Positions 41,478 to 47,537 of a stretch of 47,537 nucleotides of DNA are shown here, piece after piece. The position numbers were made by a program, and so were the translations under genes. The stretch comes from Octopus sinensis (lineage: Eukaryota). Under the pieces are notes generated by a model, which saw nothing but the letters and a program-made list of their open reading frames with translations, ran no database searches and was not told where the DNA came from. How positions within the stretch are numbered: position 1 is the stretch's first letter; every line of letters begins with the position of its first letter. Location: the NCBI RefSeq assembly GCF_006345805.1, contig NW_021834860.1:1-47537 (forward strand), written 5' to 3'.

Positions 41478-41706
41478 TTGGGTTGGTGCATAATTATTGC
41501 GGCCTTACAAATTTTATTCAACAAAAACAATAACAATATTTAACGAAAACATCTTTAAATGACGGCCAAGCAAATGTGAAGCAGTAATTGAAGTAGATGG
41601 TGAATATGCTCCGGAATAATCATTTAAAGATGTTTTTGTTACATGTTATTGTTTTTGTTGAATAAAATTTGTTGAAAAAAGCCGCAATAATTATGCACCA
41701 GCCCAA
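41478..41706. mobile_element. Mariner-derived MITE with TA target duplication
   Basis: TA|TTGGGTTGGTGCATAATTATTGCGGC ... GCCGCAATAATTATGCACCAGCCCAA|TA with ~85-bp inverted arms. The core keeps a transposase C-terminus-like fragment (EAVIEVDGEY). It interrupts an older SINE-like repeat. Confidence 0.88.
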
Positions 41707-41899
41707 TATATCAAGTAGTACATTGCCGAATATATCCTTTAAATATTGAAGATGGCAAGGCAGAGTGATCTGAAGGCGATTTGGCTACTATTTCTAACAG
41801 GTCGAGCAGCCACGTAGGAGCTCCTTCGTTAGTTTGCCCAATTAAAACTTTAATGTAGACTACGGTGAACGGGGAAGATATACTCTTTTACTCTTTTAC

Positions 41900-42188
41900 T
41901 TTTTTACTTTGTTCAGTCATTTGACTGTGGCCATGCTGGAGCACCACCTTTAGTCGAGCAAATCGACCCCAGGACTTATTCTTTATAAGACTAGTACTTA
42001 TTCAGAACGGGGACGTAAACACGCCAGCATCGGTTGTCAAGCGATGTTGGGGGGACTTAGCGGTTAGGCAAAAGAGACCGATAGAATAAGTACTAGGTTT
42101 ACAAAGAATAAATCTTGGGGTCGATTTGCTCGACTAAAGGCGGTGCTCCAGCATGGCCACAGTCTAATGACTGAAACAAGTAAAAGAG
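41900..42188. repeat. Fold-back of two family B SINE tails (inverted arms ~105 bp)
   Basis: 41900-42003 is the reverse complement of 42084-42188 with a few mismatches. Confidence 0.85.
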
Positions 42189-42334
42189 CAAATAGTAAAT
42201 GGTACATAGTTACTTTAGTTTATCCTGCTGAGGTCGACGTTGGTTTTTTTTTTTTGCATCTGTCCAGTGTCGATGAAATCAATACTAGTTAAGGAATTGG
42301 TGTTGAGTTTATTAACTAGTCCTTTACTCTAAAC

Positions 42335-42599
42335 CAGTGGTTCCCAAACTTTTTCGGGCTGCCACTCTCTTGACACACTAGCACCCCACCCCAAACTAAC
42401 CATCACAAACACAGGCCTCTTTCTAGAGCAAATTCAAAGCAACTGTATTTAACAAATAAAATTTAACCTAATGAACTCATTATTTTGTTGTTTGTACATG
42501 AATCGCCACCCCATTATCGTCCTACTTTTCTTCAACGCCCCCTTGGAACTTTCCACCGTCCCAGGGGGGAGGCAATAGCGCCCACTTTGGGGACCACTG
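42335..42599. mobile_element. hAT (Charlie-like) MITE
   Basis: TIRs CAGTGGTTCCCAAA / TTTGGGGACCACTG; 8-bp TSD CTCTAAAC (42327-42334) / ATCTAAAC (42600-42607). Confidence 0.88.
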
Positions 42600-45199
42600 A
42601 TCTAAACAGCTGGCCTGTTATATAAGATAGAAAGGATATTTTCTTTTATATATTGCGGAGTTACTCGGCCGTGTCCGGTATTTTCAATGTTTTAAATAAA
42701 GACCACATGAATTCACAAAAGTTTTGATAAATTGCTTTAAAAACTGGATGGCAATCTTCAGATGGTCTGGGACATGAAAATACTGCATTCCAAACATATC
42801 CATTTTTGTTCTTTGATCATAACCTATTCTTTGAAAGAAATGCCTCTTCCAACTCAATGGAAAATTTTACTTACTTAAGCGCAAAGCTGTGGTCTACACC
42901 GAAAAACATACGCACCTTCTTACAATTTTATATATATAGAGATATAGAGAAAGGTACTCCAGTGTTTGCTGTCGGTCTATTTAATATTTTGTGACGATCC
43001 TTTTATGATTCTGAACAATTATTTCTGAATGTGAGGTTTGAGGATAAAGAGTAATGACCCTGATTTGAAATTGTATACTGCCTTTTGGTTCGTTAAACTT
43101 ACTTTCATAATTCCAACTCCATCAGTAGACCATACTCATAATTTTTAACATCTAGTATTTCAATGAATTGCCAATTGAATTAAATATCTAACTCCGTAAA
43201 CATCATAATGTTTGTGATATGAAAAAAAATCTCACAATCTACAAGTTTAAAAAATGATTTTAACGATTTGGTTGCTTCAATATTAGGAAATGGTCAATAA
43301 TCATAAGAAAAACAGAAGAATTTCCAGCCAAAATATTCGAGTTATTTACACCCAGTAACCTGGCGGTTTGAGTTTAACTTCATTTTCTTATCCTGTTTGC
43401 AAAGAATTCGGCTGACTAACTTGACTATTATTCATATCTTTCCAATGCCTCTGGGACTTCTCCAAAAAGAAAAAAGAGGAAAAAGAGAAAAAAGGGGAAA
43501 GGAAAACGAAATTCAGATAAAAACAGATTCTGTTGTTTATTGCGAATATTTATTATCTTTTCGAGAAGAAATTCAGCGGAAAATATATCCACCGTAGAGA
43601 ATTTCTCCCGAAAGGTAGAATGGAATGTAAAGTCTTAAAAAACTCTTAAAATCTACTCGATCCTCTTAAGCGTGTAAAATGAGTGTGTGTATATATATAT
43701 ATATATATATAATATATATATATATATATAATATATAATATATATATATAATATAAATATATATATATGTGTATGTATGTATGTATGTATGTTATGTATG
43801 TATGGTATGTATGTATGTATGTATGTAATGTATTATTTGAATTGCAGTATCTTCATTCCGGGTTTCTTGAAAAAATATATTCGATTAATTTTGATATATA
43901 ATTGTACCATTGGTTAAGGCTAAAAGAAGGTTAAATGGTATAAAATTTAAATATAACTTCCATATAACAACTTGCAGGTATTTGGTTGTGTCTGTGAGAT
44001 AAAAGGATAAAAATATCTTGGTACACAGGCACTTAATTCTCTGTACGTGAGTTCATCTTGCACTGAAGAATATGTTCTGGATGTTAATCCAGTTCCACTA
44101 TCGTTATCTTGTCTAATTAACGTAATGTAATCTGTCGTAAAGAATATATTTTATTAGCCTCTTTCAACTGAAATCACAGTAACTGTAGCTAAGGTCAATA
44201 AAGATAAATAATAACTTACCCATGATGCACTTGTGCAATATAGTGGACAAGAAAAAAACAAGGATATAACAATAGAATTTCAGTAAAAAAAAAAAGAAAT
44301 CCCTAACGAGGAAGATAACTATCCAAAATAATTCGAGGGAACTCCACATAAAGGCCCAGATTACATTAAGATATCAACAGTGTTCTTTCCTAGTTTCTTT
44401 ACTTTCTACTTCGAACACCATACTCTGGGTAGACACATTTAGAATCATCAGTCTGGCCACTCTAACCTTCCTTTCGTTATTCGTACTAGAAGGCTTGCAC
44501 TTCCTTCTCTAACATTACTATTTTCTTGAAGTGGTGCTTAAAAAAGTTGATGAGAGCATGGTCATATAGTTAAGTGTTTGTCTTCGAATCTTTCAGAAGA
44601 GTCCGCTATACAACCTGTTTTGCCACTAGACAGAAGACTAGCTGCTTTTCACTATGGACTCGGCTGAGAACAGGATCAATGCTACATGTAACAGCTTGGA
44701 TACAAGCTCACAAGTCGCTTATGCACGAACAGCGAAAAATAGCGAGCAGGATTGTTTTGTTATCCAATGCACTATATGTGTACTGGATAACGAAATGAAT
44801 GGTTGGCATTCGTTACTTACAATAGGTACAAATTTTCGGATTTTTGGTGAAGTACCACATAAGTAGTACTTATTTTATCGACTCTGGAAAGATGAAGGCA
44901 AAGTTGACCCAGGTGGTATAAAATAATAAATTTCCTAGTCCTTGATGGCGTATTATCTTTTTTCTCACCAGATAATCATACCTAATTAGCCTTTTCCTGC
45001 TCTCTGTATTAAATGTTAAACACTAACTTACCGTATTGAGTGGTAGAGTCAGTGAAATGTTTTCCAAAATGCTTTGTGGCCTAATGCTGTTTCGTTTTAC
45101 ATTCTAAGTCCAAATCCTACTGGGAAAGGGAATTGATTTTGTTTTTTACCTTTCATCACTCATTCCTTTATCATTGAAATAAGATCCGGTCAAAATGGA

Positions 45200-46300
45200 A
45201 TCAACATAATCAATTATCGTTTCCAACATACATAAAAAGCAAAATCAAAACTAAGCAACCATTAAGTTGGAAAGAAAGTCTTGTTGCATTTCAAAATGGA
45301 AAAGAAACAAATATTTCTTTGACCTTAATTGATATATTTGTATCAGATGCCATTTCCTCTCACTATTTATAATAGATTTCGATCTATTATCAAGCGTTGA
45401 TCCTTCGGGAGTTAAATTCTTCAGGTTTCGAAACAGAAGGACATATAATATAAATGAAAACATTTCACAATTAATAAATATTACTTGTCGTCTGAAGAGT
45501 AAAAAAGGTGATCCAAAACTTCCATATTTAGTACCAGAATCTTTTCCTAGTAACTTGGGCAATATGTGGCCTTGAATTTTCGTTAAAAAAACAACACCAG
45601 CGATTAACCAATGATGGGCGGTTTTACAGCAAATGTTTGTGCAATATTTCCAATTCACTTCTCCGCATCAACTATATCGTTTTGGTTTCACACTGCATGA
45701 TAGACAAAACCCACCAAAGACAGCATGACATTTTCTGAGTGTAGTCGTGCTTTTAGGAAAGGATTTTCCCTTTTCATTGGGTGCTAAACATTGTCGTTTT
45801 CATTGGCTATGATAATAGAGAACCTACTTTTCAACACTTTTTCTACTCAAAAACGTTTCGGTAGCAAGTCTATTTTTCAATGACGAGTAGAGGGTAACTC
45901 TTTTATTAAGATGAGTAATAGTTAGATGATGAGGGATTCATCGACCAAGTTTAGACACTTTTCCTCGCTCATGAAGGCGTTTTACGGTGGAAGTGTGACT
46001 TGAATTGAACAATTTGTTTCGTTAATTCTCACGCTGTTTGCTATGGATTTTACGATTTGGAGAAGCCCAATATTGATATAACTAGGTCGTTTATTTCGAG
46101 GGAATCTGCCTGCAAGAGAAAAATTTCCTGCGCAAAACTGACAAAACTGTCGTTGGCATGTTCGGATACACAAACCTTCTTTTCCATAGATAGATCGAAT
46201 ATTTCTTTCTGCTTTCATTGCTGAAGAAGCCCTTTTTGAATTCATATAAAACGCAATGCTAGATTTGAGTTTGATCTAAACTTATTCTAAAAGAGTAAAA
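45200..46300 (-). mobile_element. Mariner transposase remnant
   Basis: ORF 45982-46245 (AERNIRSIYGKEGLCIRTCQRQF...GNFSL) matches the mariner HTH region. Downstream fragments resemble the LVNR..F..N.RPH.A and LFR.L.N motifs. Heavily frameshifted; boundaries approximate. Confidence 0.75.
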
Positions 46301-47254
46301 TCGATACGAATTTAACCATATAGTATAAAGTATTCCAGGAAAGAAAAGACAAACATGAGAATGTAAAAATTAATACTTATTTTACTGGAAGTATTAATAA
46401 AGTATTCTCAAAGAGATCATGTCAAAAGTGCGACACAATTTTCTTTCCAACTTAATATTTCCTTGTACCCATGTTAGAATTCCATGTATGGTTTTCCCCA
46501 CATATTTACGAGGCTTCTCATTTATTTACATTAAAGATAGTGAAATAAAGTCGTGTGACGTTCAGGGCATTTCTGAAGGTTATTAAGGATGTAATTGAAG
46601 TGAAATAGTGATAATAGGGTTCCGAAATTGCCTCACGGAAATTGAGTCGTGGAACTTATCTCTAAAGATCTTGTTACGGCCATAAATAGCCATACATCAA
46701 ATGCAGCAATTTCTGGTTGACCATTTGTGATATGAAAGTAGCTATCAGTAGTATTAACTTCAAGGGAGAGGAAAAATAGAGTTGGGGAAGTTTAAATTCC
46801 AAAAAGTAACTTAAGAGCATTCTGGAAATTAACGATTTTATGTTGTTGTTGATTTATTCTATTTTTTGAAAGTTAATTTTCACATTCTTGACTTGATACA
46901 GGAAGAGAGAGAAATACCGAACGAGTGGACGAAAGAAAAAAAAAAATGATATAAAAAGGAAACAAAGAAAAAAAAATATAAAAGAAGGCGAGAATGATAT
47001 AATAGAAAAGAAAATGTGTAAGAATCGATAGAAAGAAGGGATGGATATTAAAGAGATTCTATGGAAATAACGAAGGAATGAAGAAGACAGAGCATGTGTA
47101 GGAGAAAGTTGGATAAGAAAGGTCGAAAAATAACAGGGAGAGAGAAAGTAGGAGAAAAAATGAAGGAGGAATGGGGAATGAAGTTAAAAGATGAAAGATA
47201 GGGAGAAAAGAACAACAAAGAATAATAGAGAGAAGGCAAGATTACAGTAATGAA

Positions 47255-47285
<31 letters not shown>

Positions 47286-47309
47286 AGTGTTGAAAAAGAG
47301 GAATATCTA

Positions 47310-47338
47310 CCTACACACACACATATATATATATAATA

Positions 47339-47382
<44 letters not shown>

Positions 47383-47415
47383 TATATATATATACATATT
47401 ATATATACATATATT

Positions 47416-47490
<75 letters not shown>

Positions 47491-47500
47491 ATATATATTT
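47310..47500. repeat. (TA)n microsatellite
   Basis: Directly visible. Confidence 0.95.
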
Positions 47501-47537
47501 TTTTTTAATCCAAACGGGAAACAAAAAAACAACAACA

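Noticed and set aside
44040-44870. Possible LINE endonuclease or hAT transposase remnants; ORF 44654-44866
   Set aside because: Only vague motif resemblance; not enough to assign by eye.

Overview
AT-rich, microsatellite-saturated animal genomic DNA with no host protein-coding exon that I can support. The tRNA-derived SINE families and the repeat load resemble octopus (coleoid cephalopod) DNA; this is an inference from memory, not a search result. Almost every ORF in the six-frame track is a translated (TA)n, (CA)n, (TACA)n or triplet repeat. The recognisable content is a nested transposon graveyard: a full-length but decayed Tc1 (DD34E, ~230-bp IR/DR ends, 36517-38153); DD37D and mariner transposase remnants; mariner- and hAT-type MITEs; several Penelope-like (RT/GIY-YIG) fragments; RTE and R4/Dong-like LINE fragments; and dozens of SINE copies. 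The most interesting signal is at 24461-25256. It is a 460-bp-period tandem pair of a non-coding unit embedded in (TA)n. Each copy carries a type I hammerhead ribozyme core on the minus strand inside the loop of a 90-bp inverted repeat (perfect in copy 1). This is a retrozyme-like architecture that could release a rod-shaped 460-nt (circular) RNA, although an assembly duplication has to be excluded. Three further degenerate hammerhead motifs occur elsewhere in the window.
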